A DNA stretch of 64,000 bases, taken from UHGV virus genome UHGV-0277313; one strand, 5' to 3'. This document shows, piece by piece, positions 28,628-39,698 of the stretch (position 1 is the first letter of the stretch; each line of letters opens with the position of its first letter). Source of the stretch: a virus. A program made the translations under genes and the position numbers. The notes below the pieces were generated by a model. The model saw only the letters and a list, made by a program, of their open reading frames with translations, was not told where the DNA came from and ran no database searches.

Positions 28628-29644
28628 TTACTTGAAGCAACCGATAACGCTTTCGGCAACGTCTTCAGACATACCGCAATCGACCAGAACTTTCTTACAC
28701 TTCTTGCAACTTTCTTCCTGTTTATCTGAATTAATGAATTCATCAACAGCAGATTCGACTTCTTCCTGTTTGTCGTCAGCAACCAATTTTTCCAGATCAA
28801 CCGTGCTTTTCAGATTAATTCCAGAATCTTCTAAAGCCGCTAACAATTCTTTAGCATCTTTAAATGCACCAGCTTTAAAGATAACACCGACGTTTGTTTT
28901 TGGATCAAATACACCAACAACATTTTCGCCCTTTTTAGCAACAGCTAATTTGTCTTCACCTTCACCTTCGAAATCAACTTCAGCTTCAGCAGCTTTAGCA
29001 TTATTCATAAAGGTATCGATTGAATCCATTTCGTCTTTTTCACCTTTAGCAGCTTCAGACATAACTTTCAATGTATCAAGCATCAAAATGTCTTTTGCAT
29101 ATTCAGGGTTATCACGAATTTCAATGGCTTCAACCAATTGAGCATTTTTTGTTGTAATCTTATTTTCGAAGATTTTCTGCATTTTGACAGATTCTTCAAC
29201 CTTGTGTTCGTTTTTAACAACAGGCAGTTCAACACCGCTTGACTTCATTTCGAACAAAGATTCTTTACGTTTCTTCACATCTTTCAAAGCGGAACGAATT
29301 TCATTTGTATCAGAAACCGCTTTAATCAAATCAGATGTGACAATACGCATGTTTTTGGCTTCAACGAAAGTAAATTTCTGATAATCAACATCAGACAATT
29401 CTTCCTTGCAAGCAACGTTATTAATCAGTTCACGAGCAATATCACAATCTTCAACCAAATATGAATTGCGACCGTCTTGAACGACTAAATTTTCGCCTTC
29501 AGCACCTAAAATGACTTCTTCACCCATTAGGAATTTAGCATCCCCTTTACGGGTTTCCAATGTCATATCTTCCATGACAATGAACTTGTCGTTTGTTAAG
29601 CCGTTAAGGGCTAATTTATTTTGAGCTTCAACTAAATGACGCAT
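28628..29644 (-). CDS. acidic hypothetical protein, C-terminal CxxC...C
   Basis: The 338-aa product is E/D/K-rich and ends SCKKCKKVLVDCG. Confidence 0.5.
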   Translation of the reverse strand: MRHLVEAQNKLALNGLTNDKFIVMEDMTLETRKGDAKFLMGEEVILGAEGENLVVQDGRNSYLVEDCDIARELINNVACKEELSDVDYQKFTFVEAKNMRIVTSDLIKAVSDTNEIRSALKDVKKRKESLFEMKSSGVELPVVKNEHKVEESVKMQKIFENKITTKNAQLVEAIEIRDNPEYAKDILMLDTLKVMSEAAKGEKDEMDSIDTFMNNAKAAEAEVDFEGEGEDKLAVAKKGENVVGVFDPKTNVGVIFKAGAFKDAKELLAALEDSGINLKSTVDLEKLVADDKQEEVESAVDEFINSDKQEESCKKCKKVLVDCGMSEDVAESVIGCFK

Positions 29645-29828
29645 AATAAAAAAACTCCGGTTATTATGTTATTAACTACGCAATCTCGGCTAACTGAACG
29701 AATAAGTTCATCAACTAGGTGCCTTCATAAGGAATCTTATGGATTGCATGTCAACTAGATGGGTAATTACGAAGAACACCCATTGCTATTAAGACCGTTA
29801 AAACATCTTGTTAAATAACAATTTATTT

Positions 29829-32258
29829 TTAACTGAAGTATTTTTCAAAATTGTCAATTATAAAAGATTTTACTTTATCGATTTTCTGACCTGTACGTTT
29901 TTGCACGGATTCACAAACGTTTCTCAAATAAACTAAATTATTTTTAATAGCTTTTGAGATATCTAAAGTTTTGCCATCTTTTTTATTCTCTAAATACTTT
30001 TTAGATAATGAAGATGATAATTTCTCTATAGGATCGTTTTTGTTTAAGAAATCATAACTATTGCTAACAGCTACTTTACCAATATCGTTAGAAACATTAT
30101 CAACAATACGAACAAGGTCATTAAAAATTTCCTTTTTCTTCTTATTGATTGTTGCCTTGTTTTCAGCGTTGTTAACGGTATTTGATTTCTTATCAACTTT
30201 CTTCTTCTCAATGTTCTTAAATAAATTCTTTTTGACATCTACTTTTCTCGCTGTTTTTACAGTTTTAGCAGAAGTTGCAATTGATTTTTTATTTTTTTGT
30301 TGAGTATACTTTTTAATTGCGTCTTTTACTAACGCCTTTACATCAGGCCTACTAGCAAAAGTCTTTAGCTTTTCTTCAGCACCTTCAACTTGATTTTTTA
30401 CATCAGAATAATAATTCAACAAATCATTAAATATATTAGCATTCGAACGTAACACATTAAATTGCATAATATATTCACGCAACTTCTTTTCAGTTGTTCT
30501 GTTAATACTATCTACAAAAGAAGATTTACTGTCATTATCCTTGAAGAAATCAGCTTCTTCTACAGATTTTAGCAATTCTTCACGTGATTTTCGAATTGAT
30601 TTAATTTTATTTTCAAAATTATCTTGAATCTTTTTGATGTCAAACTTTTTCAAATTCAATTCTTTTTTATCATTTAAAATTTTACTGAATTCAAAAATTT
30701 GTTTATCAATAACATCTTTTGATTTTGAAATAGCATCTGAAACAGATGTTACTTCATTACTGATACCTTTTGCTCTTTTCTTTAAATCATTTCGCTTTCT
30801 ACCGTTTTCTCTTTCTTTTTTATGAATATCAGCTTGTAATACTCTTTGTTCTGCACGGTCATCACGAATCTTTTGCCATGTTTTTAATAAATCTACTTTT
30901 TTAGATTTAAATTGATTTGCTTTATCTCTAAAAACCTTAATTTCATCTTTGCTATAATTTTGATTGTTTAAAATGTCATCACTTAATACATAATCATACC
31001 AACGTAAATCTTTTCTTAAATTATAAAGAAACTTATCAATATTGTTAACATTTGCATCTTCACTAGGAATTTTTCTTACATCAACAGCTTGATTTTCTGC
31101 ATTATCAAACCAATGGTATGCATTCTTTAAATTATTTAAACGTATTTGTTCTCCACGTTTTTTTAAACGTTTCACTTCATATTCTAATTTAGAAACAGAA
31201 TCACTCTGTGCTTTTAAACTATTAATATTCTTTTGTAAATTGTTTATCTCTTTGCGATCGCTATAAACAGAATTAATTTGTGAACGAATACGTTTTATTT
31301 CATTTGCATTTTTATCTTTAGGTATATTGACACTAACTTTACCATTAACAATCTTTATGACACCTTGTCTTTGCAAGTCATTTTCTTTATTCTTAACACG
31401 TGACTTTAAAACTCTTAACTTTTGTTCTTTTGTTTTAATTTCTTTATTAACTTCAGCATTCGCTTTTTTTGCAGAAGTTAGCGCAGCAATAGCATTTTGA
31501 TAGTCTTGTTTTGAATATTTAAAGCGACGATCTGCCCAATATTTTTTACGTTGCTCTGAATTACCTGCATATAAAGGAAGTTTAACATTATATGCATCAA
31601 GTTTACTTAACAAACTGCCATCATCTACAAGTAACGTACTGTCTGGATCAGAACCTACTCTCAACTTTTCATCACTGTTATCATCAGACGTACCTAATAA
31701 ATAATAGATCACATTAACAATATGTTTACAAACACCTATTGCATGTTCAGGATTTTTGGATGCTTTATGACTGCCAGTTTTCGTTGAACTATTCCATTGC
31801 AACGGATCTATTGCTGTCCATGATTTAACACCCAATTGCGATAATTTTGTCTGTGGAATTATTATTTTCTTTGCTGTATCAGCTGCTAAATAATAATAAA
31901 AGAAATGAGGACAGTTACAATATACAAAACAATCATAGTTTGTTGTATTTGGATATTCTTCTTCTATTTCACTTCCATTATTATCTGCTCTACGTCTTGA
32001 AGACTCCACAAACATCAACGCCACTGTAAAACTTTCAACAAAATCCGTTGTTGCTTCTGTTTCCATTCCATTGTAAAGAATATGTTTAGATTCTACATCA
32101 CAAACGAAAGTAAATGACTTTTTGCCTTTTAAGGTCTCTTTTTTCAATTGTTTCAATGTAACACTATCATTAAAATCAAATTGTAAATGTCCTTTAGCAA
32201 GTGAATTTAAATCACTACCATCTTTTATCATTTCGTTTATGATGTTGTACAAATTCAT
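29829..32258 (-). CDS. 809-aa Lys-rich coiled-coil protein with N-terminal CxC...CxH (SWIM-like) motif
   Basis: The motif is YCNCPHFFYYY...GVCKHIVNV. The central 400 aa are extremely K/N/E-rich heptad-like sequence. Confidence 0.5.
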   Translation of the reverse strand: MNLYNIINEMIKDGSDLNSLAKGHLQFDFNDSVTLKQLKKETLKGKKSFTFVCDVESKHILYNGMETEATTDFVESFTVALMFVESSRRRADNNGSEIEEEYPNTTNYDCFVYCNCPHFFYYYLAADTAKKIIIPQTKLSQLGVKSWTAIDPLQWNSSTKTGSHKASKNPEHAIGVCKHIVNVIYYLLGTSDDNSDEKLRVGSDPDSTLLVDDGSLLSKLDAYNVKLPLYAGNSEQRKKYWADRRFKYSKQDYQNAIAALTSAKKANAEVNKEIKTKEQKLRVLKSRVKNKENDLQRQGVIKIVNGKVSVNIPKDKNANEIKRIRSQINSVYSDRKEINNLQKNINSLKAQSDSVSKLEYEVKRLKKRGEQIRLNNLKNAYHWFDNAENQAVDVRKIPSEDANVNNIDKFLYNLRKDLRWYDYVLSDDILNNQNYSKDEIKVFRDKANQFKSKKVDLLKTWQKIRDDRAEQRVLQADIHKKERENGRKRNDLKKRAKGISNEVTSVSDAISKSKDVIDKQIFEFSKILNDKKELNLKKFDIKKIQDNFENKIKSIRKSREELLKSVEEADFFKDNDSKSSFVDSINRTTEKKLREYIMQFNVLRSNANIFNDLLNYYSDVKNQVEGAEEKLKTFASRPDVKALVKDAIKKYTQQKNKKSIATSAKTVKTARKVDVKKNLFKNIEKKKVDKKSNTVNNAENKATINKKKKEIFNDLVRIVDNVSNDIGKVAVSNSYDFLNKNDPIEKLSSSLSKKYLENKKDGKTLDISKAIKNNLVYLRNVCESVQKRTGQKIDKVKSFIIDNFEKYFS

Positions 32259-32273
32259 TGTAATCTCAACTTA

Positions 32274-35200
32274 TTAATTACTTTTCTTCGGAAGGCGTTT
32301 TATCCGATATTTAGGAGCTTCAGATTTATTATCAAAAACTGCCAATGAATACATATTTGCATTACTCTTAATTACTTCTTTAGATTTACCCTGATTTGCT
32401 TTAAAGTAATTCAAAAGAGTATTTTCAATTTTGTCAACATTCAAATTTAATAACAAATCTTTTTGACTGCCAACACGATTAAGAACAGCATTAACAAAAA
32501 GTTTGAGCTGATATTTTTTATCATCATCTAAATTCTCTTTAACAAACTGTTCCCAAAATTCCATAGTTTCGACTTTATTTACCTTTAATCCTTTAACAAA
32601 ATCATCAGAATATGTTGCTCTTCCGGAATTTGATGACAGATTATCTGTTTTATGTATTGAAGATAAACTATAAAGATTTTGTGATTCAGCTGTTTTATTC
32701 AAACCGTCAACATTTATAATGTATTCAATAGATTTTGAAAACGTTTCACGATCATCTTTCATAATGATATTAATCAAGTTTTCAATCTGATCTTTTTTGA
32801 AACTTGTTAAGACATTTAAAATCTCTTTTTTATCTGTCTTTTTGCATTTCTCAATGAAATTAACAATAATTTCTTTTTGTCCATCTATTAAATCAAAATT
32901 TCTCACCCAAGCGTTAATGTTTTCAGGACTGTTCTGATTTGTATCAAAGACAAAAGGATTGCTTTCTTTTTTCAAATTATCAGGTTGTTCTTTTTTGAAA
33001 GCATCAAACATTGATAATTTCCATGTTGAATAAATATTCTTCAAGAACATATTCGTAATCTCATCAAGACCTTCGTCTTTGAGTACTTCACTATCTGCAT
33101 CAACCGCTTCTAAATCTTTTTTGGAAGGGTTGATTCTCTTGATTTCATCATTGATATATTCTTTTAACTTCTTTTGTATTGTCTTGTAATTATCATACAG
33201 GTTTGTCATTTCATCGAATTTAGCAAGCAACCAAATATATTTATCACCAAGAAGATCACTACTATCAATGATGTTTTTCATCGCGTTAATTTTTTCTTCT
33301 TTTGTGCCAGAAATTTTACCTGAAACAATTTTAATATCGTTAACAAGTTTTTCTCCTAATTTACTGTTTTTATTTTTCACTAACTTGCTTAAGTCATCAG
33401 TGAAGACATCTAGACTCCCAACGATATCAGACATTCTTGATTTATAGTATGTGCTCAAATCACGCAAACTATAATTTTCAGTACTTATTCTATTATACAA
33501 CGAAGCTATTTTTGTTGTTTTATAACCAGAATAATTCAATATTAGCTGTTTTATTGCTTTTACAAAACATTCTTTAAACTTTTCATTTGAATCAGATCCT
33601 TCAAAACTTTCGCGCTCTTTTTCTAAATCAAAGCCAAAACCTTTGGCAATCGTGTCTCGCATTTGCCAAATTTCATCATCTGACAACTCTTTATAAAGCA
33701 AAGTGTTTAAGAATGAATAATTATAGGAATCTTTTAATTTATCGAACTGTTTCAAAAATGAATCCACAGAATCTCTAGTTGACGCTGCTGCCTTAAAGGC
33801 TGATGAAGTTTTTATCATTCCTTTATTATCTTCATAGCTTAATTGATTATAATCAGCATAAACATCTTTCATATCACTAAACGTATTTGATTCTGTATCA
33901 TTTTTAATGTCTGTAAATATTTCAGAAAATGCATTAGCAACGCCTCTTGCGCTCCCAGAATATTTTAATGCAGAAAACAGAATTGATTTTGTTGTAAAGT
34001 CAAAAGGAATATCAGCAACCTTTGTTGCAAACTCTTTTAATCTAACAGTAAGTTTTACACCTTGAGTCAATCGCTGTTGACTTTTAGCCAACTCTCTTAA
34101 TTCTTTATATTCATCCTCCATAATCTTTGGATAAATATCAAAATTAATATATTGACACAATCTATTCCATTTTTCTTCTTGTTCGAAATTAACGTTCGAC
34201 TCATCAGAATGGCCAGAATACAACTTCACGTATTCATTGATATTCTTTGTCTTGAACTCATTTTGACCTGTTTCTTCATCTTGCGTTTTTTGATTTAAAT
34301 GGTATCTCGAATCTTTAAATTTTTCATGCATTTCTTGAAGGATTTCCTGACAATCTTCTAACTTATCCTTCAAAATTAATAAATCATAAAGATCCGCTGT
34401 TGCTGGTAATAAAGATTCTGGTAATTTGAAATATGTATTCAAACGATTTAAAATGCTATTATACTTCATTACACCAAAAGCATAAGGTGCCAAATTATTA
34501 ACGATACTATTACCATTAACCTTTTCCCAGAAACCACCAACATAACACCCATTTTCTAAACCAAAACGAACAACGTTTGCAATGTCTAGATATAGACAAT
34601 GATCACCTTGTTCATAGCTTTTTTTGATTGATTCTAATTCTACCTTTTTATCATCACAGAATTCATCAACAGGTTTAAAATCAATATTGTCATTATCATC
34701 ATATGAACAAACAACCAATTCTTCGCCAGAATCAGTTTCTTTATAAAACACTTCATTAATAAAGTTCACATGTTTTTTAGCAATAACTTTTTGACCATTG
34801 AATTTGGTATAAAACCTTATTGAACCATTTTCAGTCTTTTCTACATACAATTTTGCTGCTGGATTAATTGACTTGTTTTTATCAATTTCATCAACAATTT
34901 TGTCAATAACTGAAGGAACATCAGCCTGTATTCTTTCAAGTATTTCACTTCTTGATGTTAACACGCTTGTCAATTGTGATCTGACAATGCTATCACCTTC
35001 GGGAATATTATTTAAGACTGAATCTGACACTGTTTTTGCAATAAAGTTATCCAAGAATTTAAATTCAACAGTATCACCAATATCAACACCATTATTAACA
35101 ACAATGCCTTGATAGCCTTGAGTTGTTACTATTTTTTCACCAGCGTTTTCAATGATTTGAAGTCTATCTAAATAATATTTTAACTTCACATTTAAAGGAA

Positions 35201-37820
35201 TAGCATAATGAACAAAGAATTCGTTTAATGCAAAACCTTCAGCATTTGTTTTCTTAACAGAAGCCCAATTGACACCGTCATTGCACAAAACCTTTTTTAT
35301 CCATTCTTTGTGACTTTCAATCGACAATTTACTTTCATCAATATCATTTTCGATATCCGTTTTAATAAACGAAAATGCAGGAATTGCACGCTCAATTTCA
35401 AGATAACCACGTCTCATATGTGTTTGTTCATCATAATCTGAACGTATACTGTTAATCTTATATTCACGTTCCAACCACTGATAAATTTTCAATGCAGCCT
35501 TATTCTGACGATATTCAGATTCTTTAGGCATACCTGGATATTCTGTTTTCATAGTAATTGCAAAAAGTTGAAACAGATAATAATCTTCATCTATTTTAAC
35601 TTCTGACAAAGCTCCATTTTCAATCAAATAATTAGGTGCTGACACAATCCACTTATAAATGTTCTCTTCTTGATCTTCCCCACCGTGAACTGTATACAAA
35701 CAAAACTTATCAGACAAAGTTAAAGGTTCTTTATCTAAACCTACAGTATCCGAGTTTTTATTTTCATCAACGAAAGTAAAATCACCAAAATAATTATTTG
35801 GTAATTGCCCTTTATTTGTCGCCAGATAGAAACCTTCAAGATCCAAAGTCTTTACATCAAAATCTTTATAATCTTTTGCATTGGCAATATAAACTTTACA
35901 ATTTGCAGGTTCTTTCTTTTCCACTAAATCTTTAAAGTTACAAGAAACATTATTGTTTGTAAATTCCGCTACAACGAATGTGACATTTTCTTTGTTTTCT
36001 AAACCATTAAAATATTCATTACATTTTTCAATATAACTTTTAACATCGTCTGATTTTTTGAATACATAGAAATATGACAAATTATTAATATTGCCAGATT
36101 CAAGAATACCACTTGAGCTATTCTTAACAAAATCAACAGATGTATCATCACAAACAACATAAACAACAGAAAACTTCTGCGCATGCTCATTTGTTGCTAC
36201 AGGAATTTTATACATATTCTCTGTTGATTGTATTCTACCATCATCACCAACTTTAACAGGTTTGTTAAAAATTGATGCATTTGGTATTTGCCTTCTATAC
36301 TGGTATACAGTCTTTGGTTGAGCCAGTGATAAAGTTCTCACCATACTGTATTTCTTATTTTTTAAATTACCAGCTGATAACATTTTTTCATCAAGTTTAA
36401 CGACATCACCGTTTTCATCAACAAAACTAAAAAAGTAAGTCAAGTAAAAAGGTATGTTATCTTCAAACCCAGCAGCACTTTTGGATCGTGATGTCTTTTC
36501 ACCTTGCCCAAACGGATAGTATGTTTTCGCTGCTGAATCAAGCGTTCCAATACCTTTTACATTAAATACTGTTGTTGTATTTAAAATTTTATCGGCATTA
36601 TCTACACCTTTTATAAACGTATCTTTAACAAGATTTCCATAATTGTTAATTTGATCATTTATAAAATCTGTGCGAAGTGTTGGAATTATAACACCAAGAT
36701 CACTTATCTTACCAGCAGATGTTGAACCAATCGATGATTTCGTATCAAAATCTGTTAAGCCAATATCTGCAATCTCGTTTCTTTTAAAAATGTGACCAGA
36801 CTTTGTTTTTATAAATTCAAATTTTGATGTTTCTTTAATATAGTCGTCAATTTTTTCTTCTAATTCTTCATCACTAGGAATTCTGTTTTCATTATCAGAA
36901 TCACCTATCATTAAATCATCAATGTTGCCTTCAGGGATCTGATCTAATTTAACAGTTCCGTCAATGTAATCTTCTACAACAGCTACAGATTCTGAAATGG
37001 AAGATGTTCCTTTTTCATTTCTCACATCAACAATACCTGAATCATTACGATCAGAAGGTTGTTCAATTTGGGCAACATCTTCAATATTTACCAACTCACC
37101 ACGTTCATTACGAACTTCTACTTTTATAACATCAATATTATCTGATGATACAATATCTTTAGTGTTTATTGATTCAACTTCAATGCCAACAAATTTAAAA
37201 AACTCATGACTTTCTTTTGCAGCACGAATTTGTTCTTTTGTCCAATCTGCAAAATCAGCGACCCACCAATCTTTTGGATTGTTATAAAAATATTTGAAAG
37301 ACTTCCAAATTTCTTCTGGAACAACTTTATAAAAATAGTGAAAATCTTCATTGACACCTAAAGTTGGATCAAAGATGTCTCCGTCTTTATCAACAAAGAA
37401 GCCGTGAGGAATTAAATCAATATAAACAGGGGCAAAATCATTTTCGATATCTTTATTGACTTTATCTAAATCATCTTTATGAACAATAAAGCCAACAGCT
37501 AATTGCAAATTTTTTGGTTCATACTTTTTTGCATAATCAATAGTGTTAAGCCAACAACCATGTTTAATTGACAAATAATTAGAAATTGACGTTTGTACAA
37601 CTGAACCAAATTTATGTCCGTTCAAAATAGCAAAATCAAAGAAACCGGGCATTATATTATCTTCAAATTTATTTGCTAATTGAATATCTGATAAACCATC
37701 ATCTTTGAAAGTATCTTTATATTTAAGATACATTTCTTTAAATGTATTGATTACAAAATCTTTTTGTGTTTTATCTTCAGCTTCTTTAGATTCAAAGACT
37801 CTATTCATTTCTTTTGACAT
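32274..37820 (-). CDS. giant 1848-aa protein of unknown function (possible Cys/His peptidase-like N-terminal domain)
   Basis: The single uninterrupted ORF carries KHGCWLN...IPHGFFVDKDGDIFD near its N-terminus. There is no P-loop. Confidence 0.55.
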   Translation of the reverse strand: MSKEMNRVFESKEAEDKTQKDFVINTFKEMYLKYKDTFKDDGLSDIQLANKFEDNIMPGFFDFAILNGHKFGSVVQTSISNYLSIKHGCWLNTIDYAKKYEPKNLQLAVGFIVHKDDLDKVNKDIENDFAPVYIDLIPHGFFVDKDGDIFDPTLGVNEDFHYFYKVVPEEIWKSFKYFYNNPKDWWVADFADWTKEQIRAAKESHEFFKFVGIEVESINTKDIVSSDNIDVIKVEVRNERGELVNIEDVAQIEQPSDRNDSGIVDVRNEKGTSSISESVAVVEDYIDGTVKLDQIPEGNIDDLMIGDSDNENRIPSDEELEEKIDDYIKETSKFEFIKTKSGHIFKRNEIADIGLTDFDTKSSIGSTSAGKISDLGVIIPTLRTDFINDQINNYGNLVKDTFIKGVDNADKILNTTTVFNVKGIGTLDSAAKTYYPFGQGEKTSRSKSAAGFEDNIPFYLTYFFSFVDENGDVVKLDEKMLSAGNLKNKKYSMVRTLSLAQPKTVYQYRRQIPNASIFNKPVKVGDDGRIQSTENMYKIPVATNEHAQKFSVVYVVCDDTSVDFVKNSSSGILESGNINNLSYFYVFKKSDDVKSYIEKCNEYFNGLENKENVTFVVAEFTNNNVSCNFKDLVEKKEPANCKVYIANAKDYKDFDVKTLDLEGFYLATNKGQLPNNYFGDFTFVDENKNSDTVGLDKEPLTLSDKFCLYTVHGGEDQEENIYKWIVSAPNYLIENGALSEVKIDEDYYLFQLFAITMKTEYPGMPKESEYRQNKAALKIYQWLEREYKINSIRSDYDEQTHMRRGYLEIERAIPAFSFIKTDIENDIDESKLSIESHKEWIKKVLCNDGVNWASVKKTNAEGFALNEFFVHYAIPLNVKLKYYLDRLQIIENAGEKIVTTQGYQGIVVNNGVDIGDTVEFKFLDNFIAKTVSDSVLNNIPEGDSIVRSQLTSVLTSRSEILERIQADVPSVIDKIVDEIDKNKSINPAAKLYVEKTENGSIRFYTKFNGQKVIAKKHVNFINEVFYKETDSGEELVVCSYDDNDNIDFKPVDEFCDDKKVELESIKKSYEQGDHCLYLDIANVVRFGLENGCYVGGFWEKVNGNSIVNNLAPYAFGVMKYNSILNRLNTYFKLPESLLPATADLYDLLILKDKLEDCQEILQEMHEKFKDSRYHLNQKTQDEETGQNEFKTKNINEYVKLYSGHSDESNVNFEQEEKWNRLCQYINFDIYPKIMEDEYKELRELAKSQQRLTQGVKLTVRLKEFATKVADIPFDFTTKSILFSALKYSGSARGVANAFSEIFTDIKNDTESNTFSDMKDVYADYNQLSYEDNKGMIKTSSAFKAAASTRDSVDSFLKQFDKLKDSYNYSFLNTLLYKELSDDEIWQMRDTIAKGFGFDLEKERESFEGSDSNEKFKECFVKAIKQLILNYSGYKTTKIASLYNRISTENYSLRDLSTYYKSRMSDIVGSLDVFTDDLSKLVKNKNSKLGEKLVNDIKIVSGKISGTKEEKINAMKNIIDSSDLLGDKYIWLLAKFDEMTNLYDNYKTIQKKLKEYINDEIKRINPSKKDLEAVDADSEVLKDEGLDEITNMFLKNIYSTWKLSMFDAFKKEQPDNLKKESNPFVFDTNQNSPENINAWVRNFDLIDGQKEIIVNFIEKCKKTDKKEILNVLTSFKKDQIENLINIIMKDDRETFSKSIEYIINVDGLNKTAESQNLYSLSSIHKTDNLSSNSGRATYSDDFVKGLKVNKVETMEFWEQFVKENLDDDKKYQLKLFVNAVLNRVGSQKDLLLNLNVDKIENTLLNYFKANQGKSKEVIKSNANMYSLAVFDNKSEAPKYRIKRLPKKSN

Positions 37821-37869
37821 TACAATGCTACTTTCTTGATTTAAACTAAATTTTTAATGAAAATGTATT

Positions 37870-39588
37870 TTACATAATTTCATCTTCATCAGGTTTAACA
37901 CTGGATGCAACAACTAAATTTGTATAAGGCTCTTCAGAGGTTGAACCGTCTATATAGTTGATTTCAACTTTCATAGGTTCACCTTCGACAGTTTCACCAA
38001 CAACGCCAACTTCATAATCTATTTTGTTTTCATCTGAATCTTCATCACTGGCAACAGAATCAGAATTAGATTCATCACTAACAAGTGTGTCACCCAAAGA
38101 ATCACCGACATCATTAGACAGAGCGGAATCAAGATTAAAACTATCGGTAACAGAAGAGTCATTATCAAGTCCTTCAATACCGACATCTTCACCATCTTCT
38201 TTTAAATCTTTATTTAAACCCATAACTTTATTGTATTGATCTTCAATACCCATTTCGCGTAAGATTGCTGCCCGAAGATCGTCATTAACTTTAATAACAT
38301 CTTTTTCTTTCTTTTTGGGCTGCTTTTTCATAGGAGCTAAAACTTTACCTTCAATCCCATGAATATCTTTAGAAGTCATACCAGCTGTGAATACACAACG
38401 ACTTGCATCTAAACAACCATCGCTGACAGTGGCGGCAGGAGTAACAGCAGCAACTACATCTAAACCGCCAATACCTGCACAATCACATTCCTTGAACAAT
38501 TTTTCTGTTTTATTTAACTGAATCTGTTCAGCTACCATATTTTTAACAACTTTATTAATATCCATACCGTTCATTAAAGCAAAAACTGCTTTATCCATAG
38601 GTGTGGATTCATGTAAAGGTGTACGGTGTGTAATATAAACATTTTCTGAAAGTAACCGTCCCATAACAAAATCGTCTTTTAAGATTTCATCTGTTTTATC
38701 ACCTTGAATTTCGAAATAGAACAGGCCTTTATTTACATCTTCTTTAATTTCTGAAACTTTCCAATTTCTGGCTGTTGCTTCAGGGTGAACATGAAACATT
38801 GTATTAGACAAATCATTCAAATCGGTTGATTCAAAAACAACGATATGCGAATCAATTAAATCATCAACCGAAAAACATTCTTGAATTGTATCAATTTCTT
38901 GAACTTCATTAGGATCGCGTGAAATAACTGACATTGTTTGAGGTGTCTTTAATGCAGTCTTTAAAGATTCTAAATCTAATTCAATACCACTATTACCAAA
39001 AACTAACACAACAGAATTTGCAAAAGAATCTTCGTCTTTTGGTGAAATAACCATTGGAAAATATTTTCCATCTTCTGTTGCAAAAGCAATCTGCCGATCG
39101 TCAGACTCTTTAAATGTACGAACAACAACTTTCTTTAAAAGATGTGTTGATTCTTTCATAACTAACATCAAATTGATTAATGAAGATTTCTTCATATCTC
39201 CTAATAAACATTCACCTAAAGGAATTTTAATACCTGGTAAAAATTTAATACCTTCTTGCATGTCACGAGGGTAAATCGTTAATTCTAATTCACCATCAAT
39301 ACCTTTACGTAATCTCAAAAATTCAAGTAAACTGAAAGGTGACATGTGTGACATATCGGCATTGTTTGCGTTAACCTTTTCAAGAGGATAGTTCGCCATA
39401 AAACGAGGAGCAAAAATTCGTGCGCCATTAACTTCTAAAAATGTGCAAACATGAATTTCATCGCCTTCAATTAGTAAATCACCTTTTTCTTTACTAATAA
39501 CTTTAAAGGTTTGTGACGGATCATCATAAGAAACTAAAACATTAACGCCGGAAATTGATTCGGTTACAAGTTTATTCAATTTAATCAT
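37870..39588 (-). CDS. 572-aa protein with strongly acidic Ser/Asp-rich C-terminus (portal or internal virion protein candidate)
   Basis: The ORF is continuous. The call rests on position within the structural block only. Confidence 0.45.
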   Translation of the reverse strand: MIKLNKLVTESISGVNVLVSYDDPSQTFKVISKEKGDLLIEGDEIHVCTFLEVNGARIFAPRFMANYPLEKVNANNADMSHMSPFSLLEFLRLRKGIDGELELTIYPRDMQEGIKFLPGIKIPLGECLLGDMKKSSLINLMLVMKESTHLLKKVVVRTFKESDDRQIAFATEDGKYFPMVISPKDEDSFANSVVLVFGNSGIELDLESLKTALKTPQTMSVISRDPNEVQEIDTIQECFSVDDLIDSHIVVFESTDLNDLSNTMFHVHPEATARNWKVSEIKEDVNKGLFYFEIQGDKTDEILKDDFVMGRLLSENVYITHRTPLHESTPMDKAVFALMNGMDINKVVKNMVAEQIQLNKTEKLFKECDCAGIGGLDVVAAVTPAATVSDGCLDASRCVFTAGMTSKDIHGIEGKVLAPMKKQPKKKEKDVIKVNDDLRAAILREMGIEDQYNKVMGLNKDLKEDGEDVGIEGLDNDSSVTDSFNLDSALSNDVGDSLGDTLVSDESNSDSVASDEDSDENKIDYEVGVVGETVEGEPMKVEINYIDGSTSEEPYTNLVVASSVKPDEDEIM

Positions 39589-39644
39589 TTAAAAAGTCTT
39601 CCACGACAGCTCGAATAGATTAAAAACACACTACAAAAAAGAAC

Positions 39645-39684
39645 AACGCCGTGTGTTTTAAAAAACACACGGCGTTATTTTTAT
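39645..39684. terminator. bidirectional rho-independent terminator
   Basis: The stem aacgccgtgtgtttt/aacacacggcgtt has A-runs upstream and T-runs downstream. Confidence 0.7.
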
Positions 39685-39698
39685 ATCAACAATAAAGA

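Noticed and set aside
28632-29381. Plus-strand ORFs (169 aa and 65 aa) antisense to the acidic 338-aa gene
   Set aside because: They are Ser/Thr-rich low-complexity mirror translations of an E/K-rich gene. They lie fully inside a longer ORF with a proper start, and no promoter or SD was seen.
29645-29828. Possible tRNA in the long intergenic gap (and in the other gaps at 3522-3666, 16599-16697 and 39589-39698)
   Set aside because: No cloverleaf was found. No T-arm GTTCRANYC-like box or acceptor-stem pairing could be found on either strand.
37870-39588. Calling the 572-aa protein the portal and the 338-aa acidic protein the scaffold
   Set aside because: Only size, charge and position support this. 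No portal or MCP signature could be recognised by eye, so they are left as candidates.
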